Shown here: positions 18,001-33,641 of the stretch, in pieces
How the letters are laid out: the number at the start of each line of letters is the position of its first letter
Position numbering within the stretch: position 1 is the first letter of the stretch
Assembly (NCBI RefSeq): GCF_046119375.1
Contig: NW_027362769.1
Span: forward strand, 176,514,001 to 176,578,000
DNA length: 64,000 bases
Origin: Phyllobates terribilis
Taxonomy: Eukaryota
Reading direction: 5' to 3'
The notes under the pieces: model-generated
The model's database searches: none
Seen by the model: only the letters and a program-made list of their open reading frames with translations
What the model was told of the DNA's origin: nothing
Program-made: the position numbers and the translations under genes

Positions 18001-21000
18001 TATAATTCTGCTCCTATGTACAAGAATATAACTACTATAATACTGCTCCTATGTAAAAGAATATAACTACTATAATACTGCCCCTATGTATAAGAATATA
18101 ACTACTATAATACTGCCCCTATGTAAAAGAATATAACTACTATAATACTGCCCCTATGTAAAAGAATATAACTGCTATAATACTGCTCCCATGTACAAGA
18201 ATATAACTACTATAATACTGCTCCTATATACAAGAATATAACTACTATAATACTGCCCTCTATGTACAAGAATATAACTACTATAACACTGCCCCTATGT
18301 ACAAGAATATAACTACTATAATACTGCTCCTATGTACAAGAATATAACTACTATAATACTGCTCCTATGTACAAGAATATAGCTACTATAATACTGCCCC
18401 TATGTACAAGAATATAACTTCTATAATACTGCCCCTATGTACAAGAATGTAACTACTATAATACTGCCCCTATGTACAAGAATATAACTACTATAATACT
18501 GCCCCTATGTACAAGAATATAACTACTATAATACTGCTCCAATGTACAAGAATATAACTACTATAGTATTGCTCCTATGTACAAGAATATAACTACTATA
18601 ATACTGCTCCTATCTACAAGAATATAACTACTATAATACTGTTCCCTATGTACAAGACTATAGCTAGTATAATACTGCCCCCTATGTACAAGAATATAAC
18701 TACTATAATACTGCCCCTACGTACAAGAATATAACTACTATAATACTGCTCCTATGTACAAGAATATAACTACTATAATACTGCCCCTAGGTACAAGAAT
18801 ATAACTACTATAATACTGCTTCTATGTACAAGAAAATAACTACTATAATACTGCTCCTATGTACAAGAATATAACTACTATAATACTGCCCCCTATGTAC
18901 AAGAATATAACTACTATAATACTGCCCCTATGTACAAGAATATAACTACTATAATACTGCCCCTATGTACAAGAATATAACTAGTATAATACTGCCCCTA
19001 TGTAAAAGAATATAACTACTATAATACTGCCCCTATGTAAAAGAATATAACTACTATAATACTGCCCCTATGTACAAGAATATAACTACTATAATACTGC
19101 TCCTATGTACAAGAATATAACTACTATAACACTGCCCCTATGTACAAGAATATAACTACTATAATACTGCCCCTATGTAAAAGAATATAACTGCTATAAT
19201 ACTGCTCCCATGTACAAGAATATAACTACTATAATACTGCTCCTATATACAAGAATATAACTACTATAATACTGCCCTCTATGTACAAGAATATAACTAC
19301 TATAACACTGCCCCTATGTACAAGAATATAACTACTATAATACTGCTCCTATGTACAAGAATATAACTACTATAATACTGCTCCTATGTACAAGAATATA
19401 GCTACTATAATACTGCCCCTATGTACAAGAATATAACTTCTATAATACTGCCCCTATGTACAAGAATGTAACTACTATAATACTGCCCCTATGTACAAGA
19501 ATATAACTACTATAATACTGCCCCTATGTACAAGAATATAACTACTATAATACTGCTCCAATGTACAAGAATATAACTACTATAGTATTGCTCCTATGTA
19601 CAAGAATATAACTACTATAATACTGCTCCTATCTACAAGAATATAACTACTATAATACTGTTCCCTATGTACAAGACTATAGCTAGTATAATACTGCCCC
19701 CTATGTACAAGAATATAACTACTATAATACTGCCCCTACGTACAAGAATATAACTACTATAATACTGCTCCTATGTACAAGAATATAACTACTATAATAC
19801 TGCCCCTAGGTACAAGAATATAACTACTATAATACTGCTTCTATGTACAAGAAAATAACTACTATAATACTGCTCCTATGTACAAGAATATAACTACTAT
19901 AATACTGCCCCCTATGTACAAGAATATAACTACTATAATACTGCCCCTATGTACAAGAATATAACTACTATAATACTGCCCCTATGTACAAGAATATAAC
20001 TAGTATAATACTGCCCCTATGTAAAAGAATATAACTACTATAATACTGCCCCTATGTAAAAGAATATAACTACTATAATACTGCCCCTATGTACAAGAAT
20101 ATAACTACTATAATACTGCTCCTATGTACAAGAATATAACTACTATAACACTGCCCCTATGTACAAGAATATAACTACTATAATACTGCCCCTATGTACA
20201 AGAATATAACTACTATAATTCTGCTCCTATGTACAAGAATATAACTACTATAATACTGCTCCTATGTACAAGAATATAACTACTATAATACTGCCCCCTA
20301 TGTACAAGAATATAACTACTATAATACTGCCCCCTATGTACAAGAATATAACTACTATAATACTGCCCCTATGTACAAGAATATAACTACTATAATACTG
20401 CCCCTATGTAAAAGAATATAACTACTATAATACTGCCCTTATGTACAAGAATATAACTACTATAACACTGCCCCTATGTACAAGAATATTACTACTATAA
20501 TACTGCTCCTATGTAAAAGAATATTACTACTATAATACTGCTCCTATGTAAAAGAATATAACTACTATAATACTGCCCCTATGTACAAGAATATAACTAC
20601 TATAATACTGCCCCTATGTAAAAGAATATAACTACTATAATACTGCCCCTATGTAAAAGAATATAACTGCTATAATACTGCTCCCATGTACAAGAATATA
20701 ACTACTATAATACTGCTCCTATATACAAGAATATAACTACTATAATACTGCCCTCTATGTACAAGAATATAACTACTATAACACTGCCCCTATGTACAAG
20801 AATATAACTACTATAATACTGCTCCTATGTACAAGAATATAACTACTATAATACTGCTCCTATGTACAAGAATATAACTACTATAATACTGCCCCCATGT
20901 TCAAGAATATAACTACTATAATACTGCCCCTCTGTAAAAGAATATAACTACTATAATACTGCCCCTATGTACAAGAATATATCTACTATAATACTGCCCC

Positions 21001-24000
21001 TATGTACAAGAACATAACTACTATAATACTGCCCCTACGTACAAGAATGTAACTACTATAATACTGCCCCTTTGTACAAGAATATAACTATTATAATACT
21101 GCCCCTATGTACAAGAATATAACTACTATAATACTGCTCCAATGTACAAGAATATAACTACTATAGTATTGCTCCTATCTACAAGAATATAACTACTATA
21201 ATACTGTTCCCTATGTACAAAAATATAACTACTATAATACTGCCCCTATGTACAAGAATATAACTACTATAATACTGCTCCAATGTACAAGAATATAACT
21301 ACTATAGTATTGCTCCTATCTACAAGAATATAACTACTATAATACTGCTCCTATGTACAAAAATATAACTACTATAATACTGCTCCTATGTACAAGAATA
21401 TAACTACTATAATACTGCCCCCTATGTACAAGAATATAACTACTATAATACTGCCCCCTATGTACAAGAATATAACTACTATAATACTGCCCCTATGTAC
21501 AAGAATATAACTAGTATAATACTGCCCCTATGTAAAAGAATATAACTACTATAATACTGCCCCTATGTACAAGAATATATCTACTATAATACTGCCCCTA
21601 TGTACAAGAATATAGTTACTATAATACTGCCCCTATGTACAAGAATATAACTACTATAATACTGCCCCTATGTACAAGAATATAACTACTATAATACTGC
21701 TCCAATGTACAAGAATATAACTACTATAGTACTGCTCCTATGTACAAGAATATAACTACTATAATACTGCTCCTATGTACAAGAATATAACTACTATAAT
21801 ACTGCTCCTAGGTACAAGAATATAACTACTATAATACTGCCCCCTATGTACAAGAATATAACTACTATAATACTGCCCCTATGTACAAGAATATAACTAG
21901 TATAATACTGCCCCTATGTACAAGAATATAACTAGTATAATACTGCCCCTATGTAAAAGAATATAACTACTATAATACTGCCCCTATGTACAAGAATATA
22001 TCTACTATAATACTGCCCCTATGTACAAGAATATAGCTACTATAATACTGCCCCTATGTACAAGAATATAACTACTATAATACTGCCCCTATGTACAAGA
22101 ATATAGCTACTATAATACTGCTCCAATGTACAAGAATATAATTACTATAGTACTGCTCCTATGTACAAGAATATAACTACTATAATACTGCTCCTATGTA
22201 CAAGAATATAACTACTATAATACGGCTCCTAGGTACAAGAATATAACTACTATAATACTGCCCCCTATGTACAAGAATATAACTACTATAATACTGCTCC
22301 TATGTACAAGAATATAACTACTATAATACTGCTCCTATGTACAAGAATATAACTACTATAATACTGCCCCTATGTACAAGAATATAACTACTATAATACT
22401 GCCCCTAGGTACAAGAATATAACTGCTATAATACTGCCCTCTATGTGCAAGAATATAACTACTATAATACTGCCCCCTATGTATAAGAATATAACTACTA
22501 TAATACTGCCCCCTACGTATAAGAATATAACTATAATACTGATCCCTATGTATAAGAATATAACTACTGTAATGCTGCTCATATGCATAAGAATATGACT
22601 ACTATAATACTGCCCTTATGTACAAGAATATAACTACTATAATACTGCTCCTATGTAAAAGAGTATAACTACTAGAATACTGCTCCTATGTACAAGAATA
22701 TAACTACTATATTACTGCCCCTATGTAAAAGAATATAACTACTATAACACTGCCCCTATGTACTAGAATATAACTACTATAATACTGCTCCTATGTACAA
22801 GAATATAACTACTATAATACTGCCCCTATGTACAAGAATATAACTACTATAATACTGCCCCTATGTAAAAGAATATAACTACTATAATACTGCCCCTATG
22901 TAAAAGAATATAACTACTATAACACTGCCCCTATGTACAAGAATATAACTACTATAATACTGCTCCTATTTACAAGAATATAACTACTAGAATACTGCTC
23001 CTATGTACAAGAATATAACTACTATAATGCTGCCCCTATGTACAAGAATATAACTACTATAATACTGCCCCTATGTAAAAGAATGTAACTACTATAATAC
23101 TGCCCCTATGTAAAAGAATATATCTACTATAATACTGCCCCTATGTACAAGAATATAACTACTATAATACTGCCCCTATGTACAAGAATATAACTACTAT
23201 AACACTGCCCCTATGTACAAGAATATAACTACTATAATACTGCCCCTATGTACAAGAATATAACTACTATAATTCTGCTCCTATGTACAAGAATATAACT
23301 ACTATAATACTGCTCCTATGTACAAGAATATAACTACTATAATACTGCCCCCTATGTACAAGAATATAACTACTATAATACTGCCCCCTATGTACAAGAA
23401 TATAACTACTATAATACTGCCCCTATGTACAAGAATATAACTACTATAATACTGCCCCTATGTAAAAGAATATAACTACTATAATACTGCCCTTATGTAC
23501 AAGAATATAACTACTATAACACTGCCCCTATGTACAAGAATATTACTACTATAATACTGCTCCTATGTAAAAGAATATTACTACTATAATACTGCTCCTA
23601 TGTAAAAGAATATAACTACTATAATACTGCCCCTATGTACAAGAATATAACTACTATAATACTGCCCCTATGTAAAAGAATATAACTACTATAATACTGC
23701 CCCTATGTAAAAGAATATAACTGCTATAATACTGCTCCCATGTACAAGAATATAACTACTATAATACTGCTCCTATATACAAGAATATAACTACTATAAT
23801 ACTGCCCTCTATGTACAAGAATATAACTACTATAACACTGCCCCTATGTACAAGAATATAACTACTATAATACTGCTCCTATGTACAAGAATATAACTAC
23901 TATAATACTGCTCCTATGTACAAGAATATAACTACTATAATACTGCCCCCATGTTCAAGAATATAACTACTATAATACTGCCCCTCTGTAAAAGAATATA

Positions 24001-27000
24001 ACTACTATAATACTGCCCCTATGTACAAGAATATATCTACTATAATACTGCCCCTATGTACAAGAACATAACTACTATAATACTGCCCCTACGTACAAGA
24101 ATGTAACTACTATAATACTGCCCCTTTGTACAAGAATATAACTATTATAATACTGCCCCTATGTACAAGAATATAACTACTATAATACTGCTCCAATGTA
24201 CAAGAATATAACTACTATAGTATTGCTCCTATCTACAAGAATATAACTACTATAATACTGTTCCCTATGTACAAAAATATAACTACTATAATACTGCCCC
24301 TATGTACAAGAATATAACTACTATAATACTGCTCCAATGTACAAGAATATAACTACTATAGTATTGCTCCTATCTACAAGAATATAACTACTATAATACT
24401 GCTCCTATGTACAAAAATATAACTACTATAATACTGCTCCTATGTACAAGAATATAACTACTATAATACTGCCCCCTATGTACAAGAATATAACTACTAT
24501 AATACTGCCCCCTATGTACAAGAATATAACTACTATAATACTGCCCCTATGTACAAGAATATAACTAGTATAATACTGCCCCTATGTAAAAGAATATAAC
24601 TACTATAATACTGCCCCTATGTACAAGAATATATCTACTATAATACTGCCCCTATGTACAAGAATATAGTTACTATAATACTGCCCCTATGTACAAGAAT
24701 ATAACTACTATAATACTGCCCCTATGTACAAGAATATAACTACTATAATACTGCTCCAATGTACAAGAATATAACTACTATAGTACTGCTCCTATGTACA
24801 AGAATATAACTACTATAATACTGCTCCTATGTACAAGAATATAACTACTATAATACTGCTCCTAGGTACAAGAATATAACTACTATAATACTGCCCCCTA
24901 TGTACAAGAATATAACTACTATAATACTGCCCCTATGTACAAGAATATAACTAGTATAATACTGCCCCTATGTACAAGAATATAACTAGTATAATACTGC
25001 CCCTATGTAAAAGAATATAACTACTATAATACTGCCCCTATGTACAAGAATATATCTACTATAATACTGCCCCTATGTACAAGAATATAGCTACTATAAT
25101 ACTGCCCCTATGTACAAGAATATAACTACTATAATACTGCCCCTATGTACAAGAATATAGCTACTATAATACTGCTCCAATGTACAAGAATATAATTACT
25201 ATAGTACTGCTCCTATGTACAAGAATATAACTACTATAATACTGCTCCTATGTACAAGAATATAACTACTATAATACGGCTCCTAGGTACAAGAATATAA
25301 CTACTATAATACTGCCCCCTATGTACAAGAATATAACTACTATAATACTGCTCCTATGTACAAGAATATAACTACTATAATACTGCTCCTATGTACAAGA
25401 ATATAACTACTATAATACTGCCCCTATGTACAAGAATATAACTACTATAATACTGCCCCTAGGTACAAGAATATAACTGCTATAATACTGCCCTCTATGT
25501 GCAAGAATATAACTACTATAATACTGCCCCCTATGTATAAGAATATAACTACTATAATACTGCCCCCTACGTATAAGAATATAACTATAATACTGATCCC
25601 TATGTATAAGAATATAACTACTGTAATGCTGCTCATATGCATAAGAATATGACTACTATAATACTGCCCTTATGTACAAGAATATAACTACTATAATACT
25701 GCTCCTATGTAAAAGAGTATAACTACTAGAATACTGCTCCTATGTACAAGAATATAACTACTATATTACTGCCCCTATGTAAAAGAATATAACTACTATA
25801 ACACTGCCCCTATGTACTAGAATATAACTACTATAATACTGCTCCTATGTACAAGAATATAACTACTATAATACTGCCCCTATGTACAAGAATATAACTA
25901 CTATAATACTGCCCCTATGTAAAAGAATATAACTACTATAATACTGCCCCTATGTAAAAGAATATAACTACTATAACACTGCCCCTATGTACAAGAATAT
26001 AACTACTATAATACTGCTCCTATTTACAAGAATATAACTACTAGAATACTGCTCCTATGTACAAGAATATAACTACTATAATGCTGCCCCTATGTACAAG
26101 AATATAACTACTATAATACTGCCCCTATGTAAAAGAATGTAACTACTATAATACTGCCCCTATGTAAAAGAATATATCTACTATAATACTGCCCCTATGT
26201 ACAAGAATATAACTACTATAATACTGCCCCTATGTACAAGAATATAACTATTATAATACTGCTCCTATGTGCAAGAATATAACTACTATATTACTGCTCC
26301 TATGTACAAGAATATAACTACTATAATTCTGCCCCTATGTACAAGAATATAACTACTATAATTCTGCCCCTATGTAAAAGAATATAACTACTATAATACT
26401 GCCCCTATGTAAAAGAATATAACTACTATAATACTGCTCCTATGTACAAGAATATAACTACTATAATGCTGCTCCTATATACAAGAATATAACTACTATA
26501 ATACTGCCCTCTATGTACAAGAATATAACTACTATAACACTGCCCCTATGTACAAGAATATAACTACTATAATACTGCTCCTATGTACAAGAATATAACA
26601 ACAATAATACTGCTCCTATGTAAAAGAATATAACTACTATAATACTGCTCCTATGTACAAGAATATAACTACTATAATACTGCTCCTATATACAAGAATA
26701 TAACTACTATAATACTGCCCCCTATGTACAAGAATATAACTACTATAATACTGCCCCCTATGTACAAGAATATAACTACTATAATACTGCCCCTATGTAC
26801 AAGAATATAACTACTATAATACTGCCACCTATGTATAAGAATATAACTACTATAATACTGCCCTCTATGTACAAGAATATAACTACTATAATACTGCCAC
26901 CTATGTATAAGAATATAACTACTATAATACTGCCCTTATGTACAAGAATATAACTACTATAATACTGCCCTCTATGAACAAGAATATAACTACTATAATA

Positions 27001-30000
27001 CTGCCCCTATGTATAAGAATATAACTACTATAATACTGCCCCCTACGTATAAGAATATAACTATAATACTGAACCCTATGTATAAGAATATAACTACTGT
27101 AATGCTGCTCATATGCATAAGAGTATGACTACTATAATACTGCCCTTATGTACAAGAATATAGCTACTATAATACTTCTCCTATGTAAAAGAGTATAACT
27201 ACTAGAATACTGCTCCTATGTACAAGAATATAACTACTATAATACTGCCCCTATGTACAAGAATATAACTACTATAATACTGCCCCTATGTAAAAGAATA
27301 TAACTACTATAATACTGCCCTTATGTACAAGAATATAACTACTATAATACTGCTCCTATGTACAAGAATATAACTACTATAATACTGCTCCTATGTACAA
27401 GAATATAACTACTATAATACTGCCCCTATGTACAAGAATATAACTACTATAATACTGCCCCTATGTAAAAGAATATAACTACTGTAATACTGCTCCTATG
27501 GACAAGAATATAACTACTATAATACTGCCCTCTATGTACAAGAATATAACTACTATAATACTGCCCCCTATGTATAAGAATATAACTACTATAATACTGC
27601 CCCCTACGTATAAGAATATAACTATAATACTGACCCCTATGTATAAGAATATAACTACTGTAATGCTGCTCATATGCATAAGAATATGACTACTATAATA
27701 CTGCCCTTATGTACAAGAATATAACTACTATAATACTGCTCCTATGTAAAAGAGTATAACTACTAGAATACTGCTCCTATGTACAAGAATATAACTACTT
27801 TAATACTGCCCCTATGTACAAGAATATAACTACTATAATACTGCCCCTATCTAAAAGAATATAACTACTATAATACTGCCCCTCTGTACAAGAATATAAC
27901 TACTATAATACTGCTCCTATGTACAAGAATATAACTACTATAACACTGCCCCTATGTACAAGAATATAACTACTATAATACTGCTCCTATGTACAAGAAT
28001 ATAACTACTATAATACTGCCCCTATGTACAAGAATATAACTACTATAATACTGCCCCTATGTACAAGAATATAACTACTATAATACTGCCCCTATGTACA
28101 AGAATATAACTACTATAACACTGCCCCTATGTACAAGAATATAACTACTATAATACTGCTCCTATGTAAAAGAATATAACTACTATAATACTGCCCCTAT
28201 GTATAAGAATATAACTACTATAATACTGCCCCTATGTAAAAGAATATAACTACTATAATACTGCCCCTATGTAAAAGAATATAACTGCTATAATACTGCT
28301 CCCATGTACAAGAATATAACTACTATAATACTGCTCCTATATACAAGAATATAACTACTATAATACTGCCCTCTATGTACAAGAATATAACTACTATAAC
28401 ACTGCCCCTATGTACAAGAATATAACTACTATAATACTGCTCCTATGTACAAGAATATAACTACTATAATACTGCTCCTATGTACAAGAATATAGCTACT
28501 ATAATACTGCCCCTATGTACAAGAATATAACTTCTATAATACTGCCCCTATGTACAAGAATGTAACTACTATAATACTGCCCCTATGTACAAGAATATAA
28601 CTACTATAATACTGCCCCTATGTACAAGAATATAACTACTATAATACTGCTCCAATGTACAAGAATATAACTACTATAGTATTGCTCCTATGTACAAGAA
28701 TATAACTACTATAATACTGCTCCTATCTACAAGAATATAACTACTATAATACTGTTCCCTATGTACAAGACTATAGCTAGTATAATACTGCCCCCTATGT
28801 ACAAGAATATAACTACTATAATACTGCCCCTACGTACAAGAATATAACTACTATAATACTGCTCCTATGTACAAGAATATAACTACTATAATACTGCCCC
28901 TAGGTACAAGAATATAACTACTATAATACTGCTTCTATGTACAAGAATATAACTACTATAATACTGCTCCTATGTACAAGAATATAACTACTATAATACT
29001 GCCCCCTATGTACAAGAATATAACTACTATAATACTGCCCCTATGTACAAGAATATAACTACTATAATACTGCCCCTATGTACAAGAATATAACTAGTAT
29101 AATACTGCCCCTATGTAAAAGAATATAACTACTATAATACTGCCCCTATGTAAAAGAATATAACTACTATAATACTGCCCCTATGTACAAGAATATAACT
29201 ACTATAATACTGCTCCTATGTACAAGAATATAACTACTATAACACTGCCCCTATGTACAAGAATATAACTACTATAATACTGCCCCTATGTACAAGAATA
29301 TAACTACTATAATTCTGCTCCTATGTACAAGAATATAACTACTATAATACTGCTCCTATGTACAAGAATATAACTACTATAATACTGCCCCCTATGTACA
29401 AGAATATAACTACTATAATACTGCCCCCTATGTACAAGAATATAACTACTATAATACTGCCCCTATGTACAAGAATATAACTACTATAATACTGCCCCTA
29501 TGTAAAAGAATATAACTACTATAATACTGCCCTTATGTACAAGAATATAACTACTATAACACTGCCCCTATGTACAAGAATATTACTACTATAATACTGC
29601 TCCTATGTAAAAGAATATTACTACTATAATACTGCTCCTATGTAAAAGAATATAACTACTATAATACTGCCCCTATGTACAAGAATATAACTACTATAAT
29701 ACTGCCCCTATGTAAAAGAATATAACTACTATAATACTGCCCCTATGTAAAAGAATATAACTGCTATAATACTGCTCCCATGTACAAGAATATAACTACT
29801 ATAATACTGCTCCTATATACAAGAATATAACTACTATAATACTGCCCTCTATGTACAAGAATATAACTACTATAACACTGCCCCTATGTACAAGAATATA
29901 ACTACTATAATACTGCTCCTATGTACAAGAATATAACTACTATAATACTGCTCCTATGTACAAGAATATAACTACTATAATACTGCCCCCATGTTCAAGA

Positions 30001-31751
30001 ATATAACTACTATAATACTGCCCCTCTGTAAAAGAATATAACTACTATAATACTGCCCCTATGTACAAGAATATATCTACTATAATACTGCCCCTATGTA
30101 CAAGAACATAACTACTATAATACTGCCCCTACGTACAAGAATGTAACTACTATAATACTGCCCCTTTGTACAAGAATATAACTATTATAATACTGCCCCT
30201 ATGTACAAGAATATAACTACTATAATACTGCTCCAATGTACAAGAATATAACTACTATAGTATTGCTCCTATCTACAAGAATATAACTACTATAATACTG
30301 TTCCCTATGTACAAAAATATAACTACTATAATACTGCCCCTATGTACAAGAATATAACTACTATAATACTGCTCCAATGTACAAGAATATAACTACTATA
30401 GTATTGCTCCTATCTACAAGAATATAACTACTATAATACTGCTCCTATGTACAAAAATATAACTACTATAATACTGCTCCTATGTACAAGAATATAACTA
30501 CTATAATACTGCCCCCTATGTACAAGAATATAACTACTATAATACTGCCCCCTATGTACAAGAATATAACTACTATAATACTGCCCCTATGTACAAGAAT
30601 ATAACTAGTATAATACTGCCCCTATGTAAAAGAATATAACTACTATAATACTGCCCCTATGTACAAGAATATATCTACTATAATACTGCCCCTATGTACA
30701 AGAATATAGTTACTATAATACTGCCCCTATGTACAAGAATATAACTACTATAATACTGCCCCTATGTACAAGAATATAACTACTATAATACTGCTCCAAT
30801 GTACAAGAATATAACTACTATAGTACTGCTCCTATGTACAAGAATATAACTACTATAATACTGCTCCTATGTACAAGAATATAACTACTATAATACTGCT
30901 CCTAGGTACAAGAATATAACTACTATAATACTGCCCCCTATGTACAAGAATATAACTACTATAATACTGCCCCTATGTACAAGAATATAACTAGTATAAT
31001 ACTGCCCCTATGTACAAGAATATAACTAGTATAATACTGCCCCTATGTAAAAGAATATAACTACTATAATACTGCCCCTATGTACAAGAATATATCTACT
31101 ATAATACTGCCCCTATGTACAAGAATATAGCTACTATAATACTGCCCCTATGTACAAGAATATAACTACTATAATACTGCCCCTATGTACAAGAATATAG
31201 CTACTATAATACTGCTCCAATGTACAAGAATATAATTACTATAGTACTGCTCCTATGTACAAGAATATAACTACTATAATACTGCTCCTATGTACAAGAA
31301 TATAACTACTATAATACGGCTCCTAGGTACAAGAATATAACTACTATAATACTGCCCCCTATGTACAAGAATATAACTACTATAATACTGCTCCTATGTA
31401 CAAGAATATAACTACTATAATACTGCTCCTATGTACAAGAATATAACTACTATAATACTGCCCCTATGTACAAGAATATAACTACTATAATACTGCCCCT
31501 AGGTACAAGAATATAACTGCTATAATACTGCTCCTATGTACAAGAATATAACTGCTATAATATTGCTTCTATGTACAAGAATATAACTACTATAATACTG
31601 CCCCCTATGTACAAGAATATAACTACTATAATACTGCCCCCTATGTACAAGAATATAACTACTATAATACTGCCCCTATGTAGAAGAATATAACTACTAT
31701 AATACTGCCCCGTATGTACAAGAATATAACTACTATAATACTGCCCCTATG
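1..31751 (+). repeat. 35-bp satellite array, consensus TATGTACAAGAATATAACTACTATAATACTGCCCC, about 900 monomers, continues beyond the left edge of the window
   Basis: Uninterrupted head-to-tail monomers of 34-36 bp that vary mainly in the C-run and GTAC/GTAA. Abrupt end at ...CCCCTATG|GACGAGG. Confidence 0.98.
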
Positions 31752-32162
31752 GACGAGGTTTTGGATGTGGATTAGTAGACTGTTGTTATCTGTCAGTTTT
31801 TTCGATAATCTGCACTTATAAGTGAGATCTTATTATAATGTATTGACTAATTTATGTGATTAGAGCCGAGTGTTGGATTAATTTGAGTCTTTCTACACTG
31901 GGCCACTCCCTGGTGAGTAATCGTCGGATAAAATCAGATTTCTGATGATAATTAGCTATTAAACCTGACATTATGGCTCCATTATGTATTCACAGAGTGA
32001 TGTGATGGTTCTTTTATGAAATGTGAGATCCTCAGTGGTGATTTATCTGTACAATCCACAAGGTCCCTGTAGACTGGATGACGGCTGCTACGTACGGCTG
32101 GAACCAGAGAGGAATCGGGTCACAATTTCCAGGTTGTGTTTCATGTAAATTATTGTAGTCAC

Positions 32163-32250
32163 TTTATCATTATCCCAACATCAACAACCCGTGCACCAGA
32201 GTGACGTTTATCATTATCCCAACATCAACAACCCGTGCACCAGAGTGACG
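32163..32250. repeat. Perfect 44-bp tandem duplication
   Basis: TTTATCATTATCCCAACATCAACAACCCGTGCACCAGAGTGACG occurs twice, at 32163-32206 and 32207-32250. Confidence 0.9.
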
Positions 32251-32279
32251 CCGATCTTGTGACCTTATCTCGTTGCATA

Positions 32280-33302
32280 TGTGGCACCCCTGGGGTCTGG
32301 TTCCCACAGTAATAGCAATATTACGTCTGTGAGCAGGTGGGATGTTTCCTGGTCAGACATCCTATGCATGCCACACCTCCTGCCCAGTCCTGGGAGGGGA
32401 AGAACTTCCCCTATATAAAACTAGGGCTGAGGCAGGGTTAGAGTAGAGAAAGAGCAGAGAACACAGACAGAGACACAGTCTGGTCTGTAGTGGAGCAGCT
32501 ATAGGGAAAGAAAGATCAGGAGCTCTGTGGGAGCTGTACTAAAAGAGGTCAGGGGCTGGAAGCTGTAGAGCTCGCCCTGATTGAAGAGTTCTTACCGGAC
32601 CCGGAGTCCGAGGCTGTGGGGACTAATCCTTACCCAGCAGCAGAAACCGCCCGGCAGGGGATTTCAGGTCCTCTGGCCAAGAAACCCGAAGGCACGGTCA
32701 CACGCAAGGGACCAGCACCGCGACGTGGAGCGGAAGCTACCAAAAGGCTCCGAGTCACCGGCCATACGGGTGAGCACCACACGGTACACTCAGGGACGTG
32801 GGCTACTTTTATCAGCCTCTAGCAAGGTAGCCAGAAGAGTACGATTAGTTGGGGAGGCCTACAACTCCGCCTGGCCAGGGGAGATCCCATCAGCTCACGG
32901 ACTGACCAGGCCCCGATCTCTAGCCAGTACTCCGGGAGGGTCTACTTTGTCACCAGTAAAGACCCAGAACTACACCGCACCGTCTCTGAGTGGTTCCTGC
33001 TACCCCCTTCAAACACGTCGGTTGCCCTGAGGCCATACCCCTCCCGTTGGGGGTTCTACCAGCTACGCTGCACGACCTTACCACCGGCCTCAGCGGTCTG
33101 CCCTGCAGCGGCGGCTTCGTAGCCGCATTCAACGGGTGGCGTAGTCGAACACCGTACCATCTTCTGCTAAAGACTGCCACTCAGCTTGACTCCCTGGGCA
33201 CGGACCGGGTCACCGCCACGAAACTACTACCCCTATCAGATCCGGCTCTGGGTAGGCTCCCGCGTGCGCAACGCTACTCAGCACAGGCCCAGGGGCGCGT
33301 CA
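32280..33302 (+). mobile_element. Solo LTR of the Gypsy family at 47146-56543 (1023 bp)
   Basis: TGTGGCACCCC...GGGGCGCGTCA termini, 4-bp TSD CATA (32276-79 and 33303-06), TATA box at 32412-19, homologous to the provirus LTRs. Confidence 0.95.
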
Positions 33303-33322
33303 CATACATTGGACTCCTCTAA

Positions 33323-33641
33323 AGGGATTTTCCATTTTTAACAAAGTGGACCCCAATCACTCGCCGCCATGTAAAATAACAAAGCCAGAGGGTACTCGCC
33401 CTCTACACCTACAGTTTTGGATGCAGCAGTAAGGTCAGGTCAATAGTGTGCATCACCGCTGCAGCCAATCTCTAAACCCAGTGATTGGCTGCAGAAATAT
33501 GCATTGTCAACATGACATCTTCACTGCAGATGGCCGGAGCTGTGGCATGGAGCCAGTGCTGGACCGGGGGAGGGCGAGTACCATCTGCCTACCATGTCTG
33601 CAAGCATTTGGGGTCCACATGGCTGCAATTGCCAAATCCCT
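33323..33641. mobile_element. T2/Kolobok-type MITE
   Basis: Termini AGGGATTTTCCA and TGCCAAATCCCT are imperfect inverted repeats, flanked by CTAA/TTAA. Internal 12-bp hairpin CTGCAGCCAATC (33459-70) / GATTGGCTGCAG (33483-94). Confidence 0.55.

Noticed and set aside
5220-27689. 63-66-aa ORFs (MYKNITTIILP... and hydrophobic reverse ORFs)
   Set aside because: They arise only where C-run length variants keep the satellite in frame and have no gene context. They are useful only as markers of the variant cassette.
1-31751. 35-bp repeats as a CRISPR array or bacterial TATAAT promoters
   Set aside because: The monomers are head-to-tail with no unique spacers, there are no cas genes, and the context is eukaryotic.
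31990-32140. Possible host exon next to the satellite edge
   Set aside because: All frames examined are short or closed, and no protein family was recognised.
32581-33030. LTR-encoded ORF (139-203 aa) open in all LTR copies, as a possible accessory gene
   Set aside because: Starts are non-ATG. Comparing the 32.7-kb and 50.0-kb copies gave about 11 non-synonymous versus 5 synonymous codon changes followed by a frameshift, so there is no sign of protein-level constraint.
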